Part shown: one piece after another, positions 47,786 to 56,992 of the stretch | How the letters are laid out: each line of letters opens with the position of its first letter | Numbering within the stretch: position 1 is the first letter of the stretch | The notes under the pieces: generated by a model | Databases searched by the model: none | The model's input: only the letters and a program-made list of their open reading frames with translations | Told to the model about the DNA's origin: nothing | NCBI GenBank assembly: GCA_036405415.1 | Contig: DASWXP010000002.1 | Coordinates: 340,803 to 404,802, forward strand | Direction: 5' to 3' | Length of the DNA stretch: 64,000 nucleotides | DNA from: Minisyncoccota bacterium | GTDB lineage: Bacteria > Patescibacteriota > Minisyncoccia > Phycocordibacterales > Phycocordibacteraceae | Position numbers and translations under genes: made by a program

Positions 47786-48595
47786 TTATTTCCTGAACAG
47801 CTCGTCGACAAACGCGCAACTCTCGCCTATGTACCCATGCTCGGCAAGCTCTGCCCGGATCGCTTCATCAACCATTTCAGACGTACTTGAAGACAGGTCT
47901 TCTGGATCAAGATGCTGGAGTTGATTCGTATTGCAGTAGATATGGTCTTTGTCACGAGTAAGGCCTACGTTGGAGAGCGCCTCAGGAAGAAGTACAAATG
48001 TCTTCGGGTCAGCGCCTGCAACTATCCCAGTCCAGCAGCCACCTGGAATGCCACATGCGGAGATATAGACCTGCGAGCCATCAGTCGCAAAGGATTCTTC
48101 ATGTCTTAAAACCCCTATGAAACGGAACCGATCGGGATTGAAGCCGCTGATTATGAGTCTGTTCGAATAGACATGATTCTTGTCTAGGGCATATCCCCCA
48201 TCCTTAACTTGAAAGGTATCCCTATCAGCTTCAGGCATACCCAAAACTCTTTCTGAGTCGCGCTCGTATCCGGTGAGATGGAGTATCGAGTCTCCTTGCC
48301 GCGCAACAGAGACCTCCAGATCGCTAGCGTCAGGGTAGTGGACTATTTCACCAGAAGCAGAATCTGCGTATACCTTCCCATCTCGAACTGTGTAATGTGT
48401 CATCTCTTCAGGGAGCGACAGGAGCGGAACGAAAACATACTGTATCTCATCCCCGGGACTTGAGAGTCGCTCACTTTCATTTGAAACCAAATATCTTGAA
48501 TAGACCAAGAGACTAAGAACTATCGTGAGGAGTATGAACACTGTGCCCATTCCGATGATGTGCCATTTATTCTTAAATTGCTCAAGAATTCCCAT
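47786..48595 (-). CDS. DKNYY-repeat family protein, membrane-anchored
   Basis: N-terminal TM helix. Repeated DKNHVY / DKDHIY / DGKVY motifs. The local GC content is visibly lower (~45%) than the flanks. Confidence 0.5.
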   Translation of the reverse strand: MGILEQFKNKWHIIGMGTVFILLTIVLSLLVYSRYLVSNESERLSSPGDEIQYVFVPLLSLPEEMTHYTVRDGKVYADSASGEIVHYPDASDLEVSVARQGDSILHLTGYERDSERVLGMPEADRDTFQVKDGGYALDKNHVYSNRLIISGFNPDRFRFIGVLRHEESFATDGSQVYISACGIPGGCWTGIVAGADPKTFVLLPEALSNVGLTRDKDHIYCNTNQLQHLDPEDLSSSTSEMVDEAIRAELAEHGYIGESCAFVDELFRK

Positions 48596-48597
48596 AT

Positions 48598-49986
48598 CTA
48601 TAGTTTCTTAACTCCCTCCTTCCCTATCTCCCACACCTCCCCCTGACTCGGCACCACCGCCTTCGCCCCGAGGAAGTCATGGATACGCTGCGCGAGAAAT
48701 CTTTGTGCGCTCGGCTCGCCGATAGACACGAAGATCGCTTTTGCGCGTGGAAGTGAGCCCTTTGCGAACCTGAGAAGCCCTTCCCTGTCCGCATGCGCGG
48801 ACCAGCTCGTAAGGCTTTCTATTGTTGCGCGCACCTTCACCTCCTGTCCGTCGATTCGTACCTTCTTCGCCCCGTCCTGAAGCAGACGTCCCGGAGAGCC
48901 TGGTGCCTGGTACCCCACGATAAAGAGCGTGGTGTCGGGGTCCGGAAGATACTTCCGCTCCCATTTCCCGATGCGGCCGCCATGAGACATGCCGGCACCC
49001 GCGATGATGAGCTTCGGATCCGGCTCGCCTGCGATGGTCTCCGAGTCCTCCCTGCTCTGCGTCATGGTTAAAAACGGGAATCGGAAGATGCTCGTCTCCT
49101 TCTTCGTCTCAGCCTTCGCGGCGTCATTGAAATACTCTGCCGCATGCTGCTCGTAGATATCCGTAACCCCAATCGCAAGTGGCGAATCGAGGAACACCGG
49201 GAACTTCGGAAGCTCCCCTGCTTCCATAAGGTTCGAGAGCTCGTACAGCATGAGCTGCGTGCGCTCCATGGAGAAAGCCGGCATGAGCATGGTTCCGCCA
49301 CGAGCAAGCGCGCGCTTGAGCGCATCGCGAAGCGCAGGTACGCGTTCCTCCACATGCTCGTGCACCCGGTCCCCGTACACCGCCTCCATGATAAGCGCGT
49401 CCGCATCAGGCACGGGTTCTGCATCGCGCAGGTACGGGTTCGGCGAGTTCCCGATGTCTCCCGTGAACGCTGCAGTGGTCCCATCCGCGTCCTTCACGCG
49501 CACGCTCCCCGCGCCAAGGATATGCCCGGTATCACGCAGGTATACGGAAAGTCCCGGCGCTATCTCCCGCTCTTCGTGATACGGAAGGATCTCAACCAGC
49601 GAGAGGAGGCGTGTCACGTCCTCCTCGCCATAGAGCGGCGTCTGTCCGTAGCGCTTCGCTTCCTGCGCGAGCAGCCCTACGCTGTCGGTCAGCATGAGCG
49701 CCATGAGGTCGCGCGTCGCCTCCGTCATATACGCTTTGCCGCGGAATCCTTCGCGCACGAGCTTCGGAGCGCGCCCTATATGATCGAGGTGCGCGTGTGT
49801 AATGACGAGCGCATCGATCTTGGTCGTGTCATATGGGAATGGCGCGTACATGCACGGAACGCAAAAGTCCTTGCCCTGCTCGAGCCCGCAGTCTATGAGG
49901 ATCCTTCCCCCTTTGATGCCCTCGACGAGGAAGTTCGAGCCGGTGACGGCACCGGCGCCGCCATGGAAGGTTACGCGGAGCGCCAT
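48598..49986 (-). CDS. MBL-fold metallo-hydrolase of the beta-CASP family (RNase J/CPSF-like ribonuclease)
   Basis: HxHxDH motif (ITHAHLDHIG), beta-CASP region, and a C-terminal RNA-metabolising domain; 462 aa. Confidence 0.7.
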   Translation of the reverse strand: MALRVTFHGGAGAVTGSNFLVEGIKGGRILIDCGLEQGKDFCVPCMYAPFPYDTTKIDALVITHAHLDHIGRAPKLVREGFRGKAYMTEATRDLMALMLTDSVGLLAQEAKRYGQTPLYGEEDVTRLLSLVEILPYHEEREIAPGLSVYLRDTGHILGAGSVRVKDADGTTAAFTGDIGNSPNPYLRDAEPVPDADALIMEAVYGDRVHEHVEERVPALRDALKRALARGGTMLMPAFSMERTQLMLYELSNLMEAGELPKFPVFLDSPLAIGVTDIYEQHAAEYFNDAAKAETKKETSIFRFPFLTMTQSREDSETIAGEPDPKLIIAGAGMSHGGRIGKWERKYLPDPDTTLFIVGYQAPGSPGRLLQDGAKKVRIDGQEVKVRATIESLTSWSAHADREGLLRFAKGSLPRAKAIFVSIGEPSAQRFLAQRIHDFLGAKAVVPSQGEVWEIGKEGVKKL

Positions 49987-50330
49987 AGCGTATAGCGGGC
50001 TATCAGGTATCCGAGCGACATGCCGACCGCATCCATCAACAGATCAAGCGACGTATCAAAGCCGAAATTCGCTTCCCGTTCAGCGTTGATACCGAGCTCA
50101 AACAGCTCCCACCCCACGGCGATAGCGAACATGCCGGAGAGGAATACGATCGCCCGATGCTTGTCCAAGAGCGCGATAAGGAAGGCCGAGACCGTAAGGC
50201 CTCCCAGGAAGTGCATGAACGTATCGAGCCAGAGGTACCGCCAGTACAGGTAGTACTCGAGCGCGACGTACTGGAAGTACGCAAGAAGCGAGGCGAGCAC
50301 GAGCGCAGCAAGGAGCCAGAAAAGGCGCAT
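49971..50330 (-). CDS. small multi-pass membrane protein, hypothetical
   Basis: 119 aa with 4 hydrophobic helices; its start overlaps the MBL gene end. Confidence 0.45.
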   Translation of the reverse strand: MRLFWLLAALVLASLLAYFQYVALEYYLYWRYLWLDTFMHFLGGLTVSAFLIALLDKHRAIVFLSGMFAIAVGWELFELGINAEREANFGFDTSLDLLMDAVGMSLGYLIARYTLWRSA

Positions 50331-50350
50331 GGCTACACTCTAGCACGCGA

Positions 50351-50376
50351 AAACCCGAGACCTTCGTCTCGGGTTT
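50351..50376. terminator. hairpin aaacccgagac-cttc-gtctcgggttt
   Basis: Perfect 11-bp stem 3-prime of the gene 49971..50330 (minus strand). Confidence 0.6.
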
Positions 50377-50379
50377 CTC

Positions 50380-50530
50380 GGAAGAACCGTCCCTAGTGGC
50401 AACTTTTGGATGCCACGTGGGTGCCCGCATCGCGGTCCCGTGAAAGCCCGAAAGCTTTGTGGAAACGCGGAATATAAGGCTCCCTGAAATTGAGCAAGTT
50501 GCGTTTTGGGACGGCTCTGAAGGCAGTATA
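50380..50530. ncRNA. candidate structured small RNA (unidentified family)
   Basis: A ~150-nt intergenic segment bracketed by two intrinsic terminators. Nested long-range complementarity (ccgtccc...gggacgg enclosing gcaactt...aagttgc) plus local hairpins (gtggc/gccac, aagc-ccgaa-gctt). No ORF with a ribosome-binding site. Confidence 0.3.
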
Positions 50531-50533
50531 CCA

Positions 50534-50556
50534 AAATCCGGCCAGAGGCCGGATTT
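50534..50556. terminator. hairpin aaatccggcc-aga-ggccggattt
   Basis: 10-bp stem 3-prime of ndk (minus strand). Confidence 0.55.
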
Positions 50557-50563
50557 CCGTGGA

Positions 50564-51172
50564 TTACTCGAGGATGCCGTCGAGGTTCACGTCGTAGAGG
50601 ATCTGGTCTCCTACGAGGCGATAGTCGATAAGCTCGTCGTCCTTGAACCAGAGCGCGATCTCCGTCTCCGCATTCTCCGGGGTGTCGGAGCAGTGGATCA
50701 GGTTGCGCACCGCGCGATCGTCGATAGCCGCGATGTTGTAGGAATCGACCGTGAAGTCGCCACGGATGGTTCCCACATCGGACGAGGACGGCTCGGTATC
50801 GCCCACGAGCTTGGTCACAACCGATACCGCGGAATTGCCCTCCCACGCCATCATCACGACAGGACCCGAAGTCATGAAGCGCTCAAGCGCGCGGATGATG
50901 TCCTTGCCGTACTCTATCGGCTCCTTCTCAGCGGAAAGGCCGGCAGCGGCACGGTCCTCGGCGATCTTCGTTCCCTTCTTGATGAACCAGGCGTCGTCCT
51001 TGTTGTAGTGCTTCCAGATGCGGTCTGCATCGAGAACGGCGAGCTTGAGGCCCACGAGCTTGAGGCCCGTGCGCTCGAAGCGCTTAATAATCTCACCGAT
51101 GAGAGAACGCTGGACGCCGTCTGGCTTCACGATAACGAACGTTCGCTCAAGCTTCGGGTGCGGAATAGGCAT
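50564..51172 (-). CDS. ndk: nucleoside diphosphate kinase (long form)
   Basis: Start ATG 51172 (MPIPHPKLERTFVIVKPDGVQRSLIGEII). NDK active-site region with the catalytic His in NLIHCSD; C-terminal extension of about 50 aa. Confidence 0.75.
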   Translation of the reverse strand: MPIPHPKLERTFVIVKPDGVQRSLIGEIIKRFERTGLKLVGLKLAVLDADRIWKHYNKDDAWFIKKGTKIAEDRAAAGLSAEKEPIEYGKDIIRALERFMTSGPVVMMAWEGNSAVSVVTKLVGDTEPSSSDVGTIRGDFTVDSYNIAAIDDRAVRNLIHCSDTPENAETEIALWFKDDELIDYRLVGDQILYDVNLDGILE

Positions 51173-51323
51173 GGATTCGATACTAAAAATCGCCCTGGGG
51201 CGTATTAATGCCATGAGTATACCCTGTTATGGAAGGAGTTACCATAATTTTGACAATAGATTTCTCAAGTTGTACATTCCTAATTAAGTTCTTTAACTGC
51301 CATGTTTACGGAAGGGTCTGGCA

Positions 51324-51686
51324 ATGGATTACGCGGATTTAAAGGCTATCGAGCCGATAGTCACAATCGGGACCACTCGCTATAAGGAGGAGATCGAAAG
51401 CTTTCTTCGTAAGGCTCTCGCCTCCGAAGGGGAAGCGTTCCCTCACTACACCATCGTCAGGGGAGGACCTGGATCTATGAGGCTCCACCTGCAAACACCG
51501 TATGCAGATTCGATAGATCTGCCGGCGAAATATCCTGATCAACTGGCGGAGGCGTATGTCGGCTTCATCGAGAATGAAGCACGGTATCCGGATCAGCCGC
51601 ATCCAGACAGGGTTCGTGGCATCGCAGTACGCACAGCGAGCATCAACGGCAAGCGCGCTGCGCTCGTCGAAGCGGTGTGGATCTGA
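51324..51686 (+). CDS. hypothetical protein
   Basis: 120-aa ORF downstream of an AT-rich 110-bp region; no motif recognised. Confidence 0.35.
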   Translation: MDYADLKAIEPIVTIGTTRYKEEIESFLRKALASEGEAFPHYTIVRGGPGSMRLHLQTPYADSIDLPAKYPDQLAEAYVGFIENEARYPDQPHPDRVRGIAVRTASINGKRAALVEAVWI

Positions 51687-51731
51687 AAAAGATCAAACGA
51701 TGAAGGGTCGCTCCGCTAGAGCGACCCTTTC

Positions 51732-52514
51732 CTATTTCTTCTCGTCTGGCCGTCTCGTCACCACAATCGTCCCTTCCTCTTCGATAAGAATCGTATGCTC
51801 TGAATGCGACGAGATGGAACCATCCTTCGATCGGTACGTATGTCCGTCCGGCGCAATGATAACCGTACCCTTTCCTGCGTTCGCAATCGGCTCGAGCGCG
51901 AGTACCATGCCCGGTACGAGCTCCTCTCCGGTGCCTGCGTGCCCGAAGTTCGCAATGTACGGCTCCTCGTGCACCTTGCGCCCCACCGCGTGCCCGCCGA
52001 GCACCTTCACGATGGAAAACGGCGAGCTCTTGAAGGTAGCACCAATGGCTGCCGAGATGTCGCCGATACGGCCACCAACCTTCGCCGCCTTGATGCCCTC
52101 TTCGAGCGCGTACTCGGTAGCCGCGATGAGCGCAGCAGCTTCCTTGGAGACCTTTCCGACCGGCACCGTAACCGCGGAATCCGTGAAGTACCCCTGGTGC
52201 ACGATGCCGAAATCAAGCGACACGATATCGCCCTCCTTGAGGATGCGCGGATTCTCATTCGGGATGCCGTGGACCACCTCCTCGTTCACCGACACGCAGA
52301 GCGCCGCAGGGAACGGGCGCGGCGCGCCTTCTGGCGTGTAGCCCTTGAACGCAGGCTTATCGCCGCCTTCCTCGATAAGGCGCACGGCTTCGTCCTCAAG
52401 CGTCTGCGTAGAAACTCCCGGCGCAACCATGGCTTCGAGCTTCCCAAGGATCACGCCGAGCCGGCGACCCGACTCGATGATACCCTCGCGTTCCTCAAGC
52501 GTGCGTACGACCAT
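51732..52514 (-). CDS. map: type I methionine aminopeptidase
   Basis: Metal ligands D..D..H..E..E in conserved blocks (VHGIP, DIVSLDFG, GHAVG, LALEP); 260 aa. Confidence 0.85.
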   Translation of the reverse strand: MVVRTLEEREGIIESGRRLGVILGKLEAMVAPGVSTQTLEDEAVRLIEEGGDKPAFKGYTPEGAPRPFPAALCVSVNEEVVHGIPNENPRILKEGDIVSLDFGIVHQGYFTDSAVTVPVGKVSKEAAALIAATEYALEEGIKAAKVGGRIGDISAAIGATFKSSPFSIVKVLGGHAVGRKVHEEPYIANFGHAGTGEELVPGMVLALEPIANAGKGTVIIAPDGHTYRSKDGSISSHSEHTILIEEEGTIVVTRRPDEKK

Positions 52515-52516
52515 GG

Positions 52517-53131
52517 CTATAGTGAAGCACGGATTGCCGCAGCAACCTCGTCCGGAGTCTGCATACCGTCGAGCTCTGTGAAGGCGCCCTTCTCCCGGAA
52601 GAAGTCGAGCATGGGCGCGGTGTGGTTCTCGTAGACCTTGAGACGGGCGCGAACCTGAGCATCGGTACCGCTATCCGGGCGGTCCTCTACGAGCGCGCGG
52701 GTCTTCATGCGAGAAATGGCCTCCTCTTCCTCGACGGCAAGATCAAGCACGATGTAGGGGCGCTCGAGCCACTGCATAACCGCATGAAACCGCTCCGCCT
52801 GCTGGCGGGTGCGCGGATACCCGTCGCACACGAGGCCCTGGCCCTCGGGAAGCGAAAGCGCTACTTCCTCAAACAGGTAGTTCGCGAACCAGTCCGGAAG
52901 AAGCTCACCCGCGTCGTACGCCTCCTTCACATGGGCCGCAATAGGGCCGGTACCGTCGCGCAGCTGCTTGAAGCGCTCGCCGGTCGAGAAGTGGGTCCAG
53001 CCGAATTCAGCCGCAAGGCGCTTTGCCTGAGTGCCCTTCCCTGAACCAGGGCGGCCGGTAAGAAGCACGCTATGAAAAGATGATGATTGCATATGTATCG
53101 CTACTGTATCAATAAAGCTGCTGGCGCGCAC
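52517..53131 (-). CDS. adk: adenylate kinase paralog 2 (short type, no LID zinc finger)
   Basis: P-loop GRPGSGKGTQA and NMP-binding region; the probable start is the internal MQSSSFHSVLL. Lies immediately downstream of another adk copy. Confidence 0.7.
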   Translation of the reverse strand: MRASSFIDTVAIHMQSSSFHSVLLTGRPGSGKGTQAKRLAAEFGWTHFSTGERFKQLRDGTGPIAAHVKEAYDAGELLPDWFANYLFEEVALSLPEGQGLVCDGYPRTRQQAERFHAVMQWLERPYIVLDLAVEEEEAISRMKTRALVEDRPDSGTDAQVRARLKVYENHTAPMLDFFREKGAFTELDGMQTPDEVAAAIRASL

Positions 53132-53133
53132 CG

Positions 53134-53721
53134 CTACGCGATGCCAAGGACACGTGCGACCTCGCCTGCAACCTCGTCGGGACTCTGCTCGCCGTCTATA
53201 TCGATACAGACGCCTCCAGCACGGAACCGCGCGAGCGCGTGCTCCGTATAGCGTGCGTATTCTTCAAGGCGTACCGAGACGAAATGGTCGTCCGCACGCC
53301 CAGACTCTCCTTTGCGCGTATCCAGCCTCCGGTGCACCTCTTCGTCTGAAACGGATATGTTGATTACCGTGAATGGTCTCTCGAGGAATTCCGAAGCTGC
53401 GAAGATGAGCTCCGCTTCCTCGATCTTACGATTAAATCCGTCGAATATGACGCTTTCTCCGTCCGGAAGCCTGAGTGCAATCTTCAAATAGAGATACTCA
53501 ACGAACCACGGCGGCGAGAGCAGGCCCTGGTCTATCTCAAAGCGTGTCTTTCGGCCGGCAGGAGTGTCCTCCGTCGCGATAGCGCGGAACTGGTCGCCGG
53601 AGCCGAACACGCTCCACCCCGTGCGCTCCGCAAGGCGCTTGGCCTGGGTGCCCTTCCCGCTTCCCGGCTTTCCAAGAAAGAATACGGTCTGTGTATCCAT
53701 GGATTGTATAGACTCTATCAC
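53134..53721 (-). CDS. adk: adenylate kinase paralog 1 (short type)
   Basis: P-loop GKPGSGKGTQAKRLA; conserved R..D.GLL...W and DGFNRK blocks; in the canonical position after secY. Confidence 0.75.
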   Translation of the reverse strand: MIESIQSMDTQTVFFLGKPGSGKGTQAKRLAERTGWSVFGSGDQFRAIATEDTPAGRKTRFEIDQGLLSPPWFVEYLYLKIALRLPDGESVIFDGFNRKIEEAELIFAASEFLERPFTVINISVSDEEVHRRLDTRKGESGRADDHFVSVRLEEYARYTEHALARFRAGGVCIDIDGEQSPDEVAGEVARVLGIA

Positions 53722-53759
53722 CCCAAAACGCAGAAAGCCTCCCGGAGGAGGCCTCGCTG

Positions 53760-55028
53760 CTAGTACTCCCTAAGGGACGCCTGCGCGTCAATCTTACGGA
53801 TGAGGTCGAGGACCACGTTCACCACGATGAGGAGCGCCGTACCGCCCACGAGGATCGCCGTGATGCCGGTGAGGCCCTGCACGATGAACGGAATAACCGC
53901 GACGAAGCCGAGGAAGAGCGCGCCCGGAAGGGTGACGCGATTAACCACGTTCCCGATGAAGGTCTCCGTCTCGCGACCAGGGCGCACGCCTGGCACGAAG
54001 GCACCCGACTTCTGGAGATTGTCCGCTACGCGCTTAGGCTCGAACGTGATGGAGGTGTAGAAGTACGTGAACATAATGACGAGCACGAAGTACACCGCGC
54101 CGTGCCACCACGGATTCGCACTGAATGCCTGGTATGCCGCGAGCGCGCCAGCCGTACCTGCGACGCCGATCGCAGAGAGACCCGTAAGGACCATCTGCGG
54201 AAGGAGGAGGAGGGAGAGCGCGAAGATGATCGGCATCACGCCGGCCTGAAGGAGGCGGATCGGAAGATAGGTCGGTGCCATAGACATCGCGCCGCGCGTC
54301 GCGCGCGCGTAATGGATCGGGATGGAACGTTCAGCCTCGGACACGAGCACCACCGCGAAGATGATCGCAAGGCCGATGAGGGCGAACCCAAGGTATGCCG
54401 GGATGTTCGCCGCGGTCGCGGTGAAGAGCACCTGCGAGAGGCCTGCCGGAAGCGCAGCCACGATACCTGCGAAGATGATGAGCGAGACGCCGTTGCCGAT
54501 GCCGAACTCCGTGATGAGCTCGCCGATCCACATGAGGAGGATGGAACCTGCCGCGACGAGGAAGACGTTAACCGCGAAATCGAACGGGGTGAGCGAGCGG
54601 ACGATGCCCTGACTCTCAAGCAAGGAGAGGAACGCCACGCCCTGAAGCACCGCAAGCGGAATGGTGAGCGCACGCGCGATAGACGTGAACTTCGTGCGTC
54701 CTGCGTCCCCTTCCTCGGTGTACATAGCCTTCACCTTCGGGATGAGCACGGTCGCGAGCTGCATAATGATGGACGCGGTAATGTACGGTCCTACGCCGAG
54801 CATAACGATCGAGAGGCTCGAGAGGCCGCCGCCCGAGAAGATATTCAAAAGGCCGAGGAACTGATTGTTCGCGAAGAACTGGGAGAGCGCTACCTGGTCG
54901 ACGCCCGGGATCGGGATCGCGGCAAGGAAGCGGAACACCGCGAACGCGGCAAGGATGAAGAGGATCCGGTTCCTGATGACCCGATCCGAGAAGACGACCT
55001 TGAGCTTGTGCATCGCCTTTCCGAACAT
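53760..55028 (-). CDS. secY: preprotein translocase subunit SecY
   Basis: 10-TM protein with conserved SecY blocks (FLGLLNIFSGG, GVGPYITASII); 422 aa. Confidence 0.9.
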   Translation of the reverse strand: MFGKAMHKLKVVFSDRVIRNRILFILAAFAVFRFLAAIPIPGVDQVALSQFFANNQFLGLLNIFSGGGLSSLSIVMLGVGPYITASIIMQLATVLIPKVKAMYTEEGDAGRTKFTSIARALTIPLAVLQGVAFLSLLESQGIVRSLTPFDFAVNVFLVAAGSILLMWIGELITEFGIGNGVSLIIFAGIVAALPAGLSQVLFTATAANIPAYLGFALIGLAIIFAVVLVSEAERSIPIHYARATRGAMSMAPTYLPIRLLQAGVMPIIFALSLLLLPQMVLTGLSAIGVAGTAGALAAYQAFSANPWWHGAVYFVLVIMFTYFYTSITFEPKRVADNLQKSGAFVPGVRPGRETETFIGNVVNRVTLPGALFLGFVAVIPFIVQGLTGITAILVGGTALLIVVNVVLDLIRKIDAQASLREY

Positions 55029-55032
55029 ACGA

Positions 55033-55482
55033 TTAGACGAGAGAGCCGCCGGCAGCCTCGATAGCTGCCTTCGCTGCCGCAGAGGCCGTGCAGTCAGAAA
55101 CCTTGAGCGCCTTAGTGATGGAACCGGTGCCGAGAATCTTCACGTACGCGATACGGCCGCCACGTGCTGGGATAAGCCCCTTCTTGTAGAGGGTCTCTGG
55201 AGTTACTGCGTCGCCTGCAGCGAACGCTGCCTCGAGAGTCGCGAGGTTGACCGGTGCGTACTCGCGTCGCTTCGCGCGCACGGTGCGAGCGCGGTTCTGG
55301 CCGTGACCGCGAAGCTTCGGGAGCTTCTTCAAGATGTCACGCATCTCCGGGCGCTTCCTATGACCGGCGCGCGCGTTCTGGCCCTTGGTGCCGCGACCTG
55401 AGGTCTTGCCGCGCTTACCGCCACGACCTACGCGAGGTGAGGTGATGCGCTCTGTCTTCGGGGCGAGAGTGTTGGACTGCAT
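55033..55482 (-). CDS. rplO: 50S ribosomal protein L15
   Basis: Gly/Arg-rich N-terminus GRGGKRGKTSGRGTKGQ; 149 aa. Confidence 0.85.
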   Translation of the reverse strand: MQSNTLAPKTERITSPRVGRGGKRGKTSGRGTKGQNARAGHRKRPEMRDILKKLPKLRGHGQNRARTVRAKRREYAPVNLATLEAAFAAGDAVTPETLYKKGLIPARGGRIAYVKILGTGSITKALKVSDCTASAAAKAAIEAAGGSLV

Positions 55483-55493
55483 GGTAAATGGGA

Positions 55494-56090
55494 TTATCGG
55501 CTGCCTGCCTGCGCAAGCGCTGCTACGGTCGCGCGAGCAATGGTGAGCTTGTTCTTGGTGCGCGTGAGGATCTTCGCGATCACGTTGGTCACGCCAGCGT
55601 GCTCGAGCACCTGACGCATAGCGGAACCGGCGACGATACCGCGGCCCGGGGACGGGATGATGGTAACGATCGAGGAAGAATTCTTCACGGTCACGTCGTG
55701 CGCAATGGAGTTGTCCGCGGTGCGGTTAACCGTTACGAGGTGCTTCTTCGCATCACGTACTGCCTTGTCGATAGCGAGTGCGGTATCAGCACCCTTTCCA
55801 AGACCAACACCGACACGACCCTTCTTGTCGCCGATGACAACTGTTACGGAGAAGGAGAAGCGGCGACCGCCGGCCATAACGCGGGCCACGCGGCGAACCT
55901 CAAGCGTTGCCTGCTCGAACTCAGAGCGCTCGCGCGGGGCACGAGGACCGCGGCCACGAGCGTCGCCGCCACGGCCACGCATGCCGCCACGACCGCGAGG
56001 AGCGCCACGACGATCGTCGCGGGCAGGAGCTGCAGCCTGTGCGCCTGCTGCCGGAGCGTTCGTATTCGTGTCGAGAGTGGTATCAGTCAT
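55494..56090 (-). CDS. rpsE: 30S ribosomal protein S5 with a Gly/Arg-rich N-terminal extension
   Basis: Start ATG 56090. S5 core VRRVARVMAGGRRFSFSVTVVIGDKKGRVGVGLGKG, preceded by an RGRGG-repeat tail. Confidence 0.85.
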   Translation of the reverse strand: MTDTTLDTNTNAPAAGAQAAAPARDDRRGAPRGRGGMRGRGGDARGRGPRAPRERSEFEQATLEVRRVARVMAGGRRFSFSVTVVIGDKKGRVGVGLGKGADTALAIDKAVRDAKKHLVTVNRTADNSIAHDVTVKNSSSIVTIIPSPGRGIVAGSAMRQVLEHAGVTNVIAKILTRTKNKLTIARATVAALAQAGSR

Positions 56091-56094
56091 GTGT

Positions 56095-56439
56095 TTAGAA
56101 AGTAAGCCCTGCCTCGCGAGCGGCGTCAGCGAGTCCCTTAACCTGTCCTGCGTAGGCGTACCCGCCGCGATCGAACACGACGCTCGAGATGCCTGCTGCC
56201 TTCGCCTTCTCGGCGATAGCCTTGCCGACACCTGCTGCCTGGGCGCTCTGCGCGCCGCCGATGGTCTTGCCGTGCGCTGCTGCTACGGTCTTCCCTGCTA
56301 CGTCGTCGATAAGCTGTGCGGACACGAACTTGTTCGACTTGTATACCGCAAGGCGAGGACGCGCTGCAGTGCCAGAGACCTTGGCGCGTACGCGGTTATG
56401 ACGGCGATCGCGAAGCTGCTTGTTAGTGAGAGTTGCCAT
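56095..56439 (-). CDS. rplR: 50S ribosomal protein L18
   Basis: 114 aa ([21 protein letters not shown]...). Confidence 0.85.
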   Translation of the reverse strand: MATLTNKQLRDRRHNRVRAKVSGTAARPRLAVYKSNKFVSAQLIDDVAGKTVAAAHGKTIGGAQSAQAAGVGKAIAEKAKAAGISSVVFDRGGYAYAGQVKGLADAAREAGLTF

Positions 56440-56448
56440 ACGTAAATA

Positions 56449-56982
56449 CTAGACGGCCTTCTTGCCCTGCTTACGGCGGATAACCTCGTTGTCGTAGGCG
56501 ATGCCCTTTCCGAGGTACGGCTCGGGCGGCTTGATGCCACGGACCTCAGCCGCGAACTGGCCGACCTTCTGCTTGTCTGCACCCTCAACCGTGATGGTGA
56601 GCTTCTCAACCTTCACTTCGATACCCTCAGGAACGGCAAGGGATACCGGGTGCGAGAAGCCTACGTTGAGCACGAGCTCGCGGCCACGAAGCTCAACCTT
56701 GTATCCGACGCCCTTCATGATGAGGACCTTCTTGAACGGGGTCTCGACGCCAGAAATCATCGCGCGAGCGTGTGCGGCGTAGGTGCCGGTAAGCGCACGA
56801 GCGAGCTTGGAATCGTCGCTCGGCGCAACGACGACGCCCTCAGGGGTGATCGAAAGGGTTACGGCCGGATGGATCGGGCGCTCGAGGGCAGCGGAAGGAC
56901 CCTTCACCGAGAGGAGGCCGCCGTCAGTGGAGACAGTTACCTTGGAAGGGATTGCGATTGGCTTGCGTGCGAGGCGGGACAT
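56449..56982 (-). CDS. rplF: 50S ribosomal protein L6
   Basis: Start ATG 56982 (MSRLARKPIAIPSKVTV...); two L6 repeats. Confidence 0.85.
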   Translation of the reverse strand: MSRLARKPIAIPSKVTVSTDGGLLSVKGPSAALERPIHPAVTLSITPEGVVVAPSDDSKLARALTGTYAAHARAMISGVETPFKKVLIMKGVGYKVELRGRELVLNVGFSHPVSLAVPEGIEVKVEKLTITVEGADKQKVGQFAAEVRGIKPPEPYLGKGIAYDNEVIRRKQGKKAV

Positions 56983-56992
56983 AGTACGGGTA

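Noticed and set aside
50380-50530. Assignment of the intergenic structured region to SRP RNA, RNase P RNA or 6S RNA
   Set aside because: The conserved SRP domain IV motif (GGAAGGAAGCAGC context) and the RNase P P4/CR-I motifs were not found on either strand; it is reported only as an unclassified RNA candidate.
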